Positions 1-9,613 of a DNA stretch of 64,000 nucleotides are shown in pieces. Under the pieces are notes generated by a model. It had not been told where the DNA came from and ran no database searches. It worked only from the letters and a program-made list of their open reading frames with translations. The translations under genes and the position numbers were made by a program. Location: the sequence record NC_071015.1. One strand, given 5' to 3'. Each line of letters starts with the position of its first letter. The stretch's first letter is position 1.

Positions 1-1212
1 AGTAGAGTTACTCTCACAGATCCAGAAACGACCGACGTATTCAGTCGCCAAGGCATTACGGTCAATTGCCTCTACATCCCCTACCATCATTACCAGGTTA
101 TTTGACCCGCTGACGATGTAGTTAGGAGCCCGACCTGCAGCAGTGATGGTTGGGTGTTGATACTGTACGTAGGTATTGAGCCACGCAGAGCGATTGATGT
201 CGCGTTCCAACACATCCTGGTTATAGATGTAGTAGAGGTTCTTTACACGACCGTCATACGCACGAATTAACCCTACAACCCACCCGTTACCTTCTTGACA
301 GAAAGCAGAGTTTTCTTGGTCTGTTCCCAATCCTTCAAAGGAACCAGTAATCGGGGGTGGGAGGTAGATACCGGAACCATAATACCCGAACGGTAACTCA
401 GACTGCATTAAGTAGTCTTCAGAAACCGGTTCTGTTTCAGCAATGATGCGTGTCAACCCAGCTGGGGTCGAATACAAATCCGAACGGGTTCCGTCAGCAT
501 CCTGTTGAGGAGTAGCAGTAAAAGCATTTGGCACATTGCCCAAAGCCACATCAGAAGGCAATACGCCGTGTGGATTTTGGTAGTTGCGAATGTGGGTCAT
601 GATAGCACCCCACTTCAATTTCTGGATATAATCTAAGTGATCATACACATCCGTCTGAAGTTTTTCCAAGGCACTAAGTTGCGCAGTACTGTTTTTAATC
701 TGGTCATTACGGAACAGCGTAAACAGTTCAATCAGCCCACCGAACCCTACCAACTCATTTGGGTTCTGAATATCGTGACTGTGCCAGGCTGGATAATAGG
801 TTAACGGTTTTCCCGTGATCTGGGTATACCAGTCTACCGGCTTCCCGGTGATGACCATGTCTTCCAACATTTGAAGCAGAGTCTTGGTTGAGATAATCGG
901 CATCCCAACACGCTGATAAATGACGTCTAACTCCCCACCACTTGCGAGAATGTGGTCCTTTACTTCTATATAAAGGAAGACACTCTTACCAGTGCGCTTC
1001 GTTAAATCAGTTACCCCTTCAACAGCTTCGAAGTCAGTCCCAGGAATTAAGTCTAACCCGCCTTTTAATACCCGAAGCGAATCCCCGTAAAAGGGACCTT
1101 CTTCTGGGACGATCCAAGGGGGAGAGATTTTACTGAGATCGACATTGTCTTCTTTCTTGTACTCAGCTTTCTTTGCTGTGTAGTCGATCTCGACAATATG
1201 AATGTCTTTCAT
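1..1212 (-). CDS. Tail fibre/baseplate protein, phiKZ gp131-like family paralog (3'-truncated by window edge; absent from ORF track)
   Basis: Manual translation from ATG at 1212: MKDIHIVEIDYTAKK...PWIVPEEGPFY...YPAWHSHDIQNPNELVGFGGLIE...NPHGVLPSDVALGNVPN; same frame is open at position 1. N-terminal motifs match the 1279-4908 and 4961-5719 proteins. Confidence 0.75.
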   Translation of the reverse strand, partial: MKDIHIVEIDYTAKKAEYKKEDNVDLSKISPPWIVPEEGPFYGDSLRVLKGGLDLIPGTDFEAVEGVTDLTKRTGKSVFLYIEVKDHILASGGELDVIYQRVGMPIISTKTLLQMLEDMVITGKPVDWYTQITGKPLTYYPAWHSHDIQNPNELVGFGGLIELFTLFRNDQIKNSTAQLSALEKLQTDVYDHLDYIQKLKWGAIMTHIRNYQNPHGVLPSDVALGNVPNAFTATPQQDADGTRSDLYSTPAGLTRIIAETEPVSEDYLMQSELPFGYYGSGIYLPPPITGSFEGLGTDQENSAFCQEGNGWVVGLIRAYDGRVKNLYYIYNQDVLERDINRSAWLNTYVQYQHPTITAAGRAPNYIVSGSNNLVMMVGDVEAIDRNALATEYVGRFWICESNST

Positions 1213-1278
1213 TGAAACCTCGACAAATAAACTATGGAGCGATCAAAAGATCGCCCCAATAGTTTTGATTATTTTATT

Positions 1279-4200
1279 TTAGGAAATAAAATCTTGATCC
1301 AGCAGAATAGCAGAAGCGTCACCGATGTCGAATACTGACCCCGTTGTAGACAAGATTCCGGAACCTTGACGTTGTGCAGTAACTTGTGCACCGTCCATAG
1401 TAAAGCGATTATACGGAATAATGTTTTCGATCTGACTCGGACCCGTAATGATTTTAGCGATCATTGACTGGGAGCTGGTTTCAGGACGAACATCTTGCGA
1501 GATGGCATATTGAGCCTGACCATTGGCATAATAAAGGTAAGCATAGAACACTTTATTAGCCGGGGTAGGATCCACCGTTTGGATGTCGATATAGGTCGCA
1601 GGAATGTCGTACATCTTACCTGCTAGTAGCACGTTATCCATCTTGTTGAAATACACCACGAACTGAGACACCAACAGGTTACTCATCCCTACTTGCAATG
1701 AGTTACTCAAGTTGTTGCTAACCATCGCGTCATACAACGAACCGTTATTGCCGTAAACATAGTTCTGGCTAACGATCCCTGCACCTTCCATGATGTTCTG
1801 ACTCTGAAGCGGACTACCCTGCCCGTTACCTGGAGAAACCACCCATTTGTTTTCAGGACCCACATGGTTTTGACGGAAGTTACTCATGCGAATAATTTCT
1901 GTCCCGTTGAGTCTGAATTCATAAATGATATCTAAGGTCGAACGGTCAGCTGGCGCATGATAGCGAGCTAGACTTCGTACCACAGCAGTACCGATACCGG
2001 AATTGGTTATCCCGTTGCCGGTGACTAAGTTGATGGAGCTGTGTTCAAGGTTATTCCCGTCGACATACGTTTGGCCATAGAACTGTTGGAAAATAGCATC
2101 CGCGTCATAGGTAATGATTTTTACCGGACTTGTAAAGGTAATGGAAACATCATCGTAATACTGGTACCCATCTTTGGTGACAGGTGAGCCAGCCGCATTA
2201 ACTTTACAAAGCACTGCCGCTACACGAATCGTACGACCGTTAGCACTCGCCTCACCTGCTTGGAAAAGATGATAAATTTCACCTTTATCGGCAGTAAAGA
2301 TCTGTACCAACGTCCAACTGTCACTAACCTGCCCAGTATTAAATCCGGCCGCAGCTAAACGCGGTTTAAAATCACGATCAATGGATTTAGCTACATTGTA
2401 CACCGTGGTCGGGGTGAACGTAACGACGTTATTCACAAGTTTTGTACTGTTGTTGCGTACCAACAGCCCATCACCTTTTGCACCATTACCTTCTACGCCC
2501 AATAAGCGACCCCAAGCATCCGCACCGAAGATCTGTTTATATCGATCTTTCTGATTCGGGTTAGTAGCATCCAGCCCACAAATATTCAGAACCAGATTTG
2601 GACCCAAATTGGTTTTGTAGGTTTGAGAAACAAACGGGAAGTAGTTAACCGTGTTACCAGAAAGTTGCATCTGTGAAATTGAGCCATTATGACTCCAGGT
2701 GCTGGTTAAGAACGCCATAGGGCGTACAATCCACTCCGTCTGTTGTTTCTCGTTTACCTGACGACCCATTACCGCAGATTTGGTCCAATCGTCCGTGTCC
2801 ATAGTCATGTGGACCTGGTTAATAAAGAGTGCACCTAACCCTACTGGGTTATACTCTTTACACACTGACGACGACTGCTGTGCCCATGGGTTTACCGTAG
2901 GGGACATGGGGTCGATTAATCCGGTAGGATCCTTCAGATACTTCGCTGTCCCAATGACGATCTGAACAGGCAAGAACCATCCTGCATACGCCCCCAGATA
3001 CACAATCTTGCCATCATGCAAATTAGCAAAACCTTGATGCTCGGTTGAGTTAACCACATTCGGCAACACTTTCCATTGGTAGTACGCAGTGTAATCCGGG
3101 CTGTTCCCTACATCGTTAATATCAAGGGTATACAGTCGCTGTTCACCAGGACCTGGAGTAAATTCAATCAGCGGTGTAGTACCTTTGGTGACTTTAATCC
3201 GAGCACGGTAAGGGACCACGTTTGCAAAGGCTTGTCCAGCAAATGCACGACTCCAGATTTGGAAGTGCATCATCATGTCATAGGTGTTGGCGATCCCGGT
3301 CTTACTGCAATACCCGGCAAGCATGCGGTACGTCCAACTTTGGAGAATTGGATTTTTCCATTTAACGTGGTATTCAGAAATACCCTTTTCCCCAGCCGGA
3401 CCCAATCCCTGCACGCGCTCATACGGGGTAAAGATGGTATCCTGAACGCGAACTTTGCCGTTGGCTTGTCGGTATGACAATTTAGCCTGACGGAACTCAC
3501 TTCCTACCAGCACAAAGAACAAGAATGCTTCCAGTGCACGAGACCCACCCCCGGTTTCATTAAACGGCGGGGTATCAGGGCGGTAAGTAAGTAATTCAGC
3601 GTGGCTTAACCCAAACACTACCATCACGGCATCAGTCGGGTCATTCGGGGTCATGATAAAGGAGCGGCGAAATTCTCGGTTCTTTGCCAACCAGTTACTG
3701 TCGGTGATTCGGGTTAACACATGACGATCTGGATTTAATGTCCCCTTGGTTTCACACCAGAACCAGATGTTCTTATCCTCATCACCCACAATCATGAACT
3801 GATCGTTAGACCCGTTGACAACCATGTTAAGATTAGCGCCGGCTGCAATAGCAGTGGGGTGCTGATAAGTGTATCCCGTGAACTCCCAATCAGGAGTGGC
3901 GGAATCCCAGTTTGCAGAACGCAGGAAATACAGCCCTTTGGTTTTCCCGTTATTGCGACGTTGCAGAATCAGCATCGTCCCATCACTCTCTACTACCGCA
4001 GCCATTTGCTGATACAGTCCACCCATTCCTTCATATGACCCAGAGATTGACGGAGGAATAAAGGTATCAGAACCGTAACGTAACAGCGGTAAAGAACCAG
4101 AAGGGAAGAGTTTATCGTTTCGTCCAGCAGCCGCGTCAGCAGCGATAGCGGCGTTGTACGGGGTAATGTGCAGATCGTCTCGCAGACCTTCAATGGTTTC

Positions 4201-4908
4201 TTCCAAAGTTGCAGTCAGGAAGTTATCCACGTTTCCCAGTCCGATTACATCTTTATATACACCGTGGGCATCTTGCTTGTTAGCGATATGACTATTGATC
4301 AGTTTGAGCAAGACTTCTTTATAGCTTTTGATGTACGAATCCAGACGTTCCTGGAAAATATCCAGTACCTCATCAGCAATGTTCCCAGTTACCCCTTCAA
4401 ACTGCGCAATGCGGTTAATCTGAGTAACCAGATCGGTAAAGCCAAAGATCTCGTACGCCAGATCGTGCTGGTGAATTTCCGGGACAAACCACAGCGGTTT
4501 ATTCTGGATGTTTTCATAGATCACGTAGCGATCATCTTCATAGATGCTGTGAAGCATGTTGAGGATGTCATTGGTGATCTTGTTGAAGTTGCCGACAACC
4601 TGATAGTCAACGTACCATTCAGTCAGCTCTTCTTTTAACAGACGAACAAACAGTCCCACGGGCTTACCGGTATACTGGGTTAATTTCCCCATGAGTCCGT
4701 AGAACTCGTAATCCTCATTTTCAACCAACAGCTTGCCTGCTTTATCAAACATCTTAAACGATTTCTGATAGAACGGTGCGCCAGGAGGAATTACGATATT
4801 GTTGTTCTTGACAGTCCGGCGAAACATGTATTCACCGGTGACTTTATTAAACCGACTGGTACCGGTTAAGTCCAGTTTATAAAGTGGGATGTCTTCTTTG
4901 ATCATCAT
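1279..4908 (-). CDS. Large tail fibre/receptor-binding protein (phiKZ gp131-like family)
   Basis: 1209 aa. N-terminal PxxAPFY / PxxHxHD..FGF module, tail-fibre motif HGVYKDVIGLGNVDNF, long beta-rich body. Confidence 0.7.
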   Translation of the reverse strand: MMIKEDIPLYKLDLTGTSRFNKVTGEYMFRRTVKNNNIVIPPGAPFYQKSFKMFDKAGKLLVENEDYEFYGLMGKLTQYTGKPVGLFVRLLKEELTEWYVDYQVVGNFNKITNDILNMLHSIYEDDRYVIYENIQNKPLWFVPEIHQHDLAYEIFGFTDLVTQINRIAQFEGVTGNIADEVLDIFQERLDSYIKSYKEVLLKLINSHIANKQDAHGVYKDVIGLGNVDNFLTATLEETIEGLRDDLHITPYNAAIAADAAAGRNDKLFPSGSLPLLRYGSDTFIPPSISGSYEGMGGLYQQMAAVVESDGTMLILQRRNNGKTKGLYFLRSANWDSATPDWEFTGYTYQHPTAIAAGANLNMVVNGSNDQFMIVGDEDKNIWFWCETKGTLNPDRHVLTRITDSNWLAKNREFRRSFIMTPNDPTDAVMVVFGLSHAELLTYRPDTPPFNETGGGSRALEAFLFFVLVGSEFRQAKLSYRQANGKVRVQDTIFTPYERVQGLGPAGEKGISEYHVKWKNPILQSWTYRMLAGYCSKTGIANTYDMMMHFQIWSRAFAGQAFANVVPYRARIKVTKGTTPLIEFTPGPGEQRLYTLDINDVGNSPDYTAYYQWKVLPNVVNSTEHQGFANLHDGKIVYLGAYAGWFLPVQIVIGTAKYLKDPTGLIDPMSPTVNPWAQQSSSVCKEYNPVGLGALFINQVHMTMDTDDWTKSAVMGRQVNEKQQTEWIVRPMAFLTSTWSHNGSISQMQLSGNTVNYFPFVSQTYKTNLGPNLVLNICGLDATNPNQKDRYKQIFGADAWGRLLGVEGNGAKGDGLLVRNNSTKLVNNVVTFTPTTVYNVAKSIDRDFKPRLAAAGFNTGQVSDSWTLVQIFTADKGEIYHLFQAGEASANGRTIRVAAVLCKVNAAGSPVTKDGYQYYDDVSITFTSPVKIITYDADAIFQQFYGQTYVDGNNLEHSSINLVTGNGITNSGIGTAVVRSLARYHAPADRSTLDIIYEFRLNGTEIIRMSNFRQNHVGPENKWVVSPGNGQGSPLQSQNIMEGAGIVSQNYVYGNNGSLYDAMVSNNLSNSLQVGMSNLLVSQFVVYFNKMDNVLLAGKMYDIPATYIDIQTVDPTPANKVFYAYLYYANGQAQYAISQDVRPETSSQSMIAKIITGPSQIENIIPYNRFTMDGAQVTAQRQGSGILSTTGSVFDIGDASAILLDQDFIS

Positions 4909-4960
4909 TAAAACCTTGTGTAAACTTAACCGGAACCTGAGTCCCGGTTAAGGCAAAGTG

Positions 4961-5719
4961 TTAACTCCATTCACCGCGGTTAAATGCACGGATCGCTTCT
5001 TTTAGAACCGCCATGTTAATCACCACTTCGGTACTGTTCCCTTTGATGTCATTAATGACCGCCATCGGGAAATCACCCAGGTTTTTAATTCCCAGATCAC
5101 TTAGGCTGCCTTTATGGGCATCGTGAAGATCGGCCTCCAGGTGTGCTTTAAACTGCGACATCCAACTGAGGCTTGGGTTCTGGGTCAGGGCATCGATGTA
5201 TGACGTCATGTAGACAATCATGTCACCGTAGTTCATGGTATCCGAAATCGGTTGATCATGCGGATCCGATGGCCAGGTGAGTGGCAGGTTAACGATCTCG
5301 TCCCAGTCGATAGTACGTGGAGAGGTCAGTACGTTAGCAACGGCTGCGGCGTAAGCGATGTCACTTAAGACAAAATCACCGCCGATGGTATCGTATTCTA
5401 AGGTTACGTTCACAGGACCGCTTACGTTCTTAAGCTGAATCCCACCCCATACCAATCGGTTGTACCGTTTGTTAAAACGACCGAACGGATGAATAAAGCT
5501 GTAGTCACCAGCTTCGAAAGAAAGCTCGCGATTAGAGTCCACCAACGTGACTTTAACATTGCGGCTGAAGAATGGGCCGTTGCGAGGAATGATAATTCCA
5601 GCATTTGCCACATCGGTATGACCGGGTTCGTTAGTCACACGGTTTGCCGGGTTATCCTGGAACGGGTTCCATGCAAACGTGATCTTACCTGCCACGGTGA
5701 TCCTTGAATCATTTGGCAT
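4961..5719 (-). CDS. Short tail/baseplate protein consisting mainly of the gp131-family N-terminal module
   Basis: 252 aa; PRNGPFF, YDTIGGDF, WDEIVNLPLTWPSDPHDQP align by eye with N-termini of the two downstream fibre genes. Confidence 0.6.
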   Translation of the reverse strand: MPNDSRITVAGKITFAWNPFQDNPANRVTNEPGHTDVANAGIIIPRNGPFFSRNVKVTLVDSNRELSFEAGDYSFIHPFGRFNKRYNRLVWGGIQLKNVSGPVNVTLEYDTIGGDFVLSDIAYAAAVANVLTSPRTIDWDEIVNLPLTWPSDPHDQPISDTMNYGDMIVYMTSYIDALTQNPSLSWMSQFKAHLEADLHDAHKGSLSDLGIKNLGDFPMAVINDIKGNSTEVVINMAVLKEAIRAFNRGEWS

Positions 5720-5748
5720 TACTTTGTTCCTCTGAAAAGGTTTTGAAC

Positions 5749-6972
5749 ATGTATACGTATAAATATTCAGCTGGACGATACAAGAACTATAGACCCGGAT
5801 ATCACTTGGTGGATATCAAAGGGTATAGCGTAGCCGATCTTGAGAAACTGTTCGATATCCTTTATATTGTTGTCAATGACAGCATGTACAATGTGGACAT
5901 TTCAATTTCTCTTGAGGATTACAAACTTGCATTCGCCAGTAACCCTGATCTTGATATAGTCGGATGGTTAGCGACACAAAGCGAAAATAACCTTAAGGTA
6001 GCGGAAATGTTCCCAGGCGATTCATATAAATACGCCCGACTGGAACGCATTTTTACTTATGGTTATTTCCACTATCCGGCCGACTTAAACCTTGCAAATG
6101 ATAGACAAGACGCCCTGCTTCCTGACTCGGCTCCAGACATTCGTGTCGCGCATTACCAGTATCAAAATATCGACTACGGTAAGATTAACGACTACTCCCT
6201 TTTTAATGTAAACGGGGTATTTGTTCGAGGGGTTCCGCGAAAAGACGGAATCTACTTGATGGGTGCAGGTCGAGATTATATTGCTACCCGAAACGATGTC
6301 CGCGTCGGGGCAGTAAACTTTGAAAAACTGGGGAAAGTGGAAACCATTCCGATTACCGAAGAGACCCTCATCGAAACAGAGATGGACTTTGGTAAACGTT
6401 GGGAAATGAAGCTGGATGACCTGGATGGGAAAACCATCTACCTGGTGGTAAACGGTCAGCTGTTAGTTGATCAAGGCATTATCTACCGTGTTGCGGATGA
6501 CCGGGTGGTCATCGATCTTACTTGTTTTGATGTTGCGCATCATTATTTAAACTATAAGAAATACACCCGCACACCTAAGTTGACGAACCTCACTAAGTTC
6601 GATCTTTATAAGCGCCAAGCTTTGACTATGCACAATAGTTTTATCGTACTTATTGATAACCCGAGTTTGGGGGTGGACGTTAAACCGTTAACAACGTTCC
6701 ATTTCCCGAATGCCCTGCACACCGAGGAGCGTTTCCAACATCCTATCGTGCTGGACAGTGGACTGTTCCCTGTACCGTATATTAAAACTTACGGCATCAG
6801 GCAACGTCTGTTAACTCACGACCTACGGGTCTATAATAAATATCCTTTCATGACCACCGGAACGTTAGACGGGACCGTATTAATGAATCCCGCCATTAAC
6901 CAAGCTACCCCAGGTCATTTGTCGAAAGGATGGACATTTAAGATTCACGGTCTTCAACTTAGGAAAACATGA
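5749..6972 (+). CDS. Conserved phiKZ-like protein, probably virion structural
   Basis: Long ORF; start moved to ATG 5749 (AAGG upstream) to avoid overlap with the divergent gene; no catalytic motif recognised. Confidence 0.45.
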   Translation: MYTYKYSAGRYKNYRPGYHLVDIKGYSVADLEKLFDILYIVVNDSMYNVDISISLEDYKLAFASNPDLDIVGWLATQSENNLKVAEMFPGDSYKYARLERIFTYGYFHYPADLNLANDRQDALLPDSAPDIRVAHYQYQNIDYGKINDYSLFNVNGVFVRGVPRKDGIYLMGAGRDYIATRNDVRVGAVNFEKLGKVETIPITEETLIETEMDFGKRWEMKLDDLDGKTIYLVVNGQLLVDQGIIYRVADDRVVIDLTCFDVAHHYLNYKKYTRTPKLTNLTKFDLYKRQALTMHNSFIVLIDNPSLGVDVKPLTTFHFPNALHTEERFQHPIVLDSGLFPVPYIKTYGIRQRLLTHDLRVYNKYPFMTTGTLDGTVLMNPAINQATPGHLSKGWTFKIHGLQLRKT

Positions 6973-7403
6973 TGGAACAATCTACTAAAGACAAACTGTC
7001 TGCGATTAACACTATTGCCATATTGGTAATGCTCGCAATTGTTGTCGGGTGGTTGATTTTTAAACCTGATAACGGGTTAAGTAAATCGACGGTAGACAAA
7101 CTCACTGTAGCAATTGACAAAGTGGGTGTGGCTGCTGAGAACATGAACAAGGTCGCAATTGCCCAGCAAGCATGGTCTAGTAACCTCCAAAAGAACATGA
7201 TTCTGAACGACCAAAATCGGAACGATAACTATGAAAACCTTTACGGGAAATATGGGTATGTCAATCAAGATACCAGCGTTTCTCTTAATGACATTTATTC
7301 TCGCCGGTTGCACAGCGAAGCCGACAATAACGGAAGCGGAAAACTACGTCCAGACCAAAACGGAGTTGACAAAGCTAAACCTGTACAAAAACCAGCTGGC
7401 TAG
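6969..7403 (+). CDS. Putative inner-membrane spanin (Rz-like)
   Basis: Single N-terminal TM (TIAILVMLAIVVGWLIF) followed by a helical segment; 3' end overlaps a lipoprotein gene in another frame. Confidence 0.55.
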   Translation: MMEQSTKDKLSAINTIAILVMLAIVVGWLIFKPDNGLSKSTVDKLTVAIDKVGVAAENMNKVAIAQQAWSSNLQKNMILNDQNRNDNYENLYGKYGYVNQDTSVSLNDIYSRRLHSEADNNGSGKLRPDQNGVDKAKPVQKPAG

Positions 7404-7725
7404 TTTAAAAGACAGTTTGACTGACGTTCCCACAAAGGTGTATACAAAGGACTGGCAGTATCGCCAAAGTAACATTGGTAAACTGGATGCATATCTGGCC
7501 GCCAATGATTGTACGAAAGAGCCAGACTTTACTGGCTGCTATCGTGAAGCCCGGCTACTACTAATAGCAACTACAAAGGAGCTGGACGCTGCTAATGACC
7601 AAATCAACGGACTGAATCAAGTCGTTGATCAATTGATGGGAAACGTTACATCCGTCATTGACAATCTTAATCTGGATAACACCCAGAAATTCAGTGTATC
7701 TAGCCTTAAGAAAGTGGTTAATTAA
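7252..7725 (+). CDS. Putative outer-membrane lipoprotein spanin (Rz1-like)
   Basis: Signal peptide II with lipobox ILAG-C (MSIKIPAFLLMTFILAGC); starts inside upstream TM gene (ATG 7252 or 7258 after GGGAAA). Confidence 0.55.
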   Translation: MGMSIKIPAFLLMTFILAGCTAKPTITEAENYVQTKTELTKLNLYKNQLASLKDSLTDVPTKVYTKDWQYRQSNIGKLDAYLAANDCTKEPDFTGCYREARLLLIATTKELDAANDQINGLNQVVDQLMGNVTSVIDNLNLDNTQKFSVSSLKKVVN

Positions 7726-7728
7726 AAG

Positions 7729-7767
7729 CATAACCTCTACTCTCCCTAGGGAGAGTAGAGGACTATG
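7729..7767. terminator. Bidirectional hairpin between convergent genes, flanked by CATA/TATG
   Basis: CCTCTACTCTCCC-TA-GGGAGAGTAGAGG (7734-7761). Confidence 0.75.
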
Positions 7768-7769
7768 TT

Positions 7770-8423
7770 TTATTTGTTTGTTGATATTACACCAGCAAGC
7801 TTGTTGCGAATTCGGTCAATGGCCGATGCCCCTTCAATGACCGCAGTCAGAGTTGCATTGGCACGAACAAAACTCCACGACGTAATGATAGGTCCAATGA
7901 CCACCATAAAGAGCTGCATATCGCCTGGTAAACGATACCCGATAATCATCGAGTTATGAATGGTCCAAGTAAACAATAAACTACAAAAGCAAATCACATG
8001 CGTTGCAGTGAACCCTGCGATTGCTCTTAAGATTACTGTTGTCGGGCCAATGATTTCACGTTCAACAGCAACACTGTCTTCCGTGACAATTGCCGTAGCT
8101 GATGGAATTTCAATCGTTGTCGGCGCACCACCTTCCGAATCGTTCGCTTTGGCCAGAATGGTCCCAATGACTGACTTCGCATTCACGAAGTTCAGTGCGA
8201 TGATCATGGGTCCACCGATCATTAAGCTAAACGTAATTACCCCTGGCCAGTCACTCAGCGATTTACTCACCGAGATGTGTACCGACCAGATGAAGATGAG
8301 GCTCATTACCGACACCGTTAGACAAGAGTTAAACCCCGAGATCGATTTAAGAATAATCGGAATACGATCCCAGGGGTGAACCTCTGCCACAGTTTGCTTA
8401 CGAATTTTGTCCATCGAAAACAT
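7770..8423 (-). CDS. Multi-pass membrane protein with internal duplication (holin candidate)
   Basis: Four hydrophobic segments in two similar halves (ILKSISGF..SLIFIWSVH..MIGGPMI / ILRAIAGF..SLLFTWTIH..VVIGPII); start at 8423 or 8414. Confidence 0.5.
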   Translation of the reverse strand: MFSMDKIRKQTVAEVHPWDRIPIILKSISGFNSCLTVSVMSLIFIWSVHISVSKSLSDWPGVITFSLMIGGPMIIALNFVNAKSVIGTILAKANDSEGGAPTTIEIPSATAIVTEDSVAVEREIIGPTTVILRAIAGFTATHVICFCSLLFTWTIHNSMIIGYRLPGDMQLFMVVIGPIITSWSFVRANATLTAVIEGASAIDRIRNKLAGVISTNK

Positions 8424-8967
8424 CCCACCCCAAATCTTTGTAATACTGCACAGCAATATACAAGCCTATCAGGATAGCATCATTAGCGTGCTCGGTCAGT
8501 TTATCAAGGTCAAAACCATTAAGGTCCAAAAACGGACACTCTTTCAAACCTTTCGTGACATCATCTTTGGTGGTGCCACGGAAATCCACTCCCACAATCT
8601 GTTTTGCCAAACGGGGAAGAACCAGTTTAAAGGGAGTATCCTTTTTATTGGTCACTGTATAAATGTTGAAATAAGAGACGACTTCGATGAGACGTTTAAA
8701 GCTGGCTGGATTCACTCCTAAGAAGTTATCCTCACAACCCACTACTGTTGGGTCGATCATATCAAACACATGGCCGTAGGCTCTTGTAAGGCCTTTAGCA
8801 CGGATCTGTGCAGGATTATCAGCTCTCACACCAAACTCATTATGTTCACCACTCAGTGTGTCCGCATAAGTCAGTTTAAAAGGACTTCTCTCATAACAGT
8901 TTACTTCCAAGGCTGCCGCCCCGAGTTGACCAGTGCCCGGGTCAATCCCTAATATGCGTACCGTCAT
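8398..8967 (-). CDS. ruvC: RuvC-like Holliday junction resolvase
   Basis: ILGIDPG at N-terminus, central VGCED, C-terminal EHANDAILIG: RuvC catalytic D/E/D pattern. Confidence 0.85.
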   Translation of the reverse strand: MTVRILGIDPGTGQLGAAALEVNCYERSPFKLTYADTLSGEHNEFGVRADNPAQIRAKGLTRAYGHVFDMIDPTVVGCEDNFLGVNPASFKRLIEVVSYFNIYTVTNKKDTPFKLVLPRLAKQIVGVDFRGTTKDDVTKGLKECPFLDLNGFDLDKLTEHANDAILIGLYIAVQYYKDLGWDVFDGQNS

Positions 8968-8971
8968 AGGC

Positions 8972-9595
8972 TTATCTCACAACTAGAGCATGGGTTTCAT
9001 ATACCCCATACATCATTAACTCCACCACAGCAACCAATTTGGCATTAGGGTTAAAGTTGTAAACATCTGGTGCATTTGCGCCAGATCCAAAGTACCGAAG
9101 TACAAAGTAAGCCGTTGTGCAACCGTTACTTGGATTACTGGTCCAACCGTCGCCAATGTTGTACGCGTTCAGCAGGTTCATCAGTTTCAATGATTTATCG
9201 GCACCAACTAAACCTGAATCGTAACGTACATCTAAACGAACGTCTTTCAGAAATGCAAGTTCTGCTTCTGTATTGATTAAAACACCGAAGCTTTTTGTTA
9301 CCTGATCAAAAGCGAATGCTTTAGGATTTGTAATAAACTCGCTTTGATCAGTATCACTATTTGTGCTGTAGCGATCGATGATAACCCAATCCAATTCCCC
9401 TGTGGAGAGAGAAACCAAATTCATCGTCAGAAGGCCGTTGTCATTTCTGACTGCCAGCCTGTCTTCGTAATCCAGCGGATTCAACTCCACACCCACCGCC
9501 GCACTGATGGACGCAATGGCAGAACGCACCGTTGACCATTTTGTCAGTGAAACGTGAACTGGGGCTTTGGGTTGGGACTTATCGGTATTGCTCAT
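8972..9595 (-). CDS. Hypothetical protein, probably virion-associated
   Basis: 207 aa ORF in a tightly packed operon. Confidence 0.4.
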   Translation of the reverse strand: MSNTDKSQPKAPVHVSLTKWSTVRSAIASISAAVGVELNPLDYEDRLAVRNDNGLLTMNLVSLSTGELDWVIIDRYSTNSDTDQSEFITNPKAFAFDQVTKSFGVLINTEAELAFLKDVRLDVRYDSGLVGADKSLKLMNLLNAYNIGDGWTSNPSNGCTTAYFVLRYFGSGANAPDVYNFNPNAKLVAVVELMMYGVYETHALVVR

Positions 9596-9613
9596 ATAAG
9601 TCCCTTACTGGTT

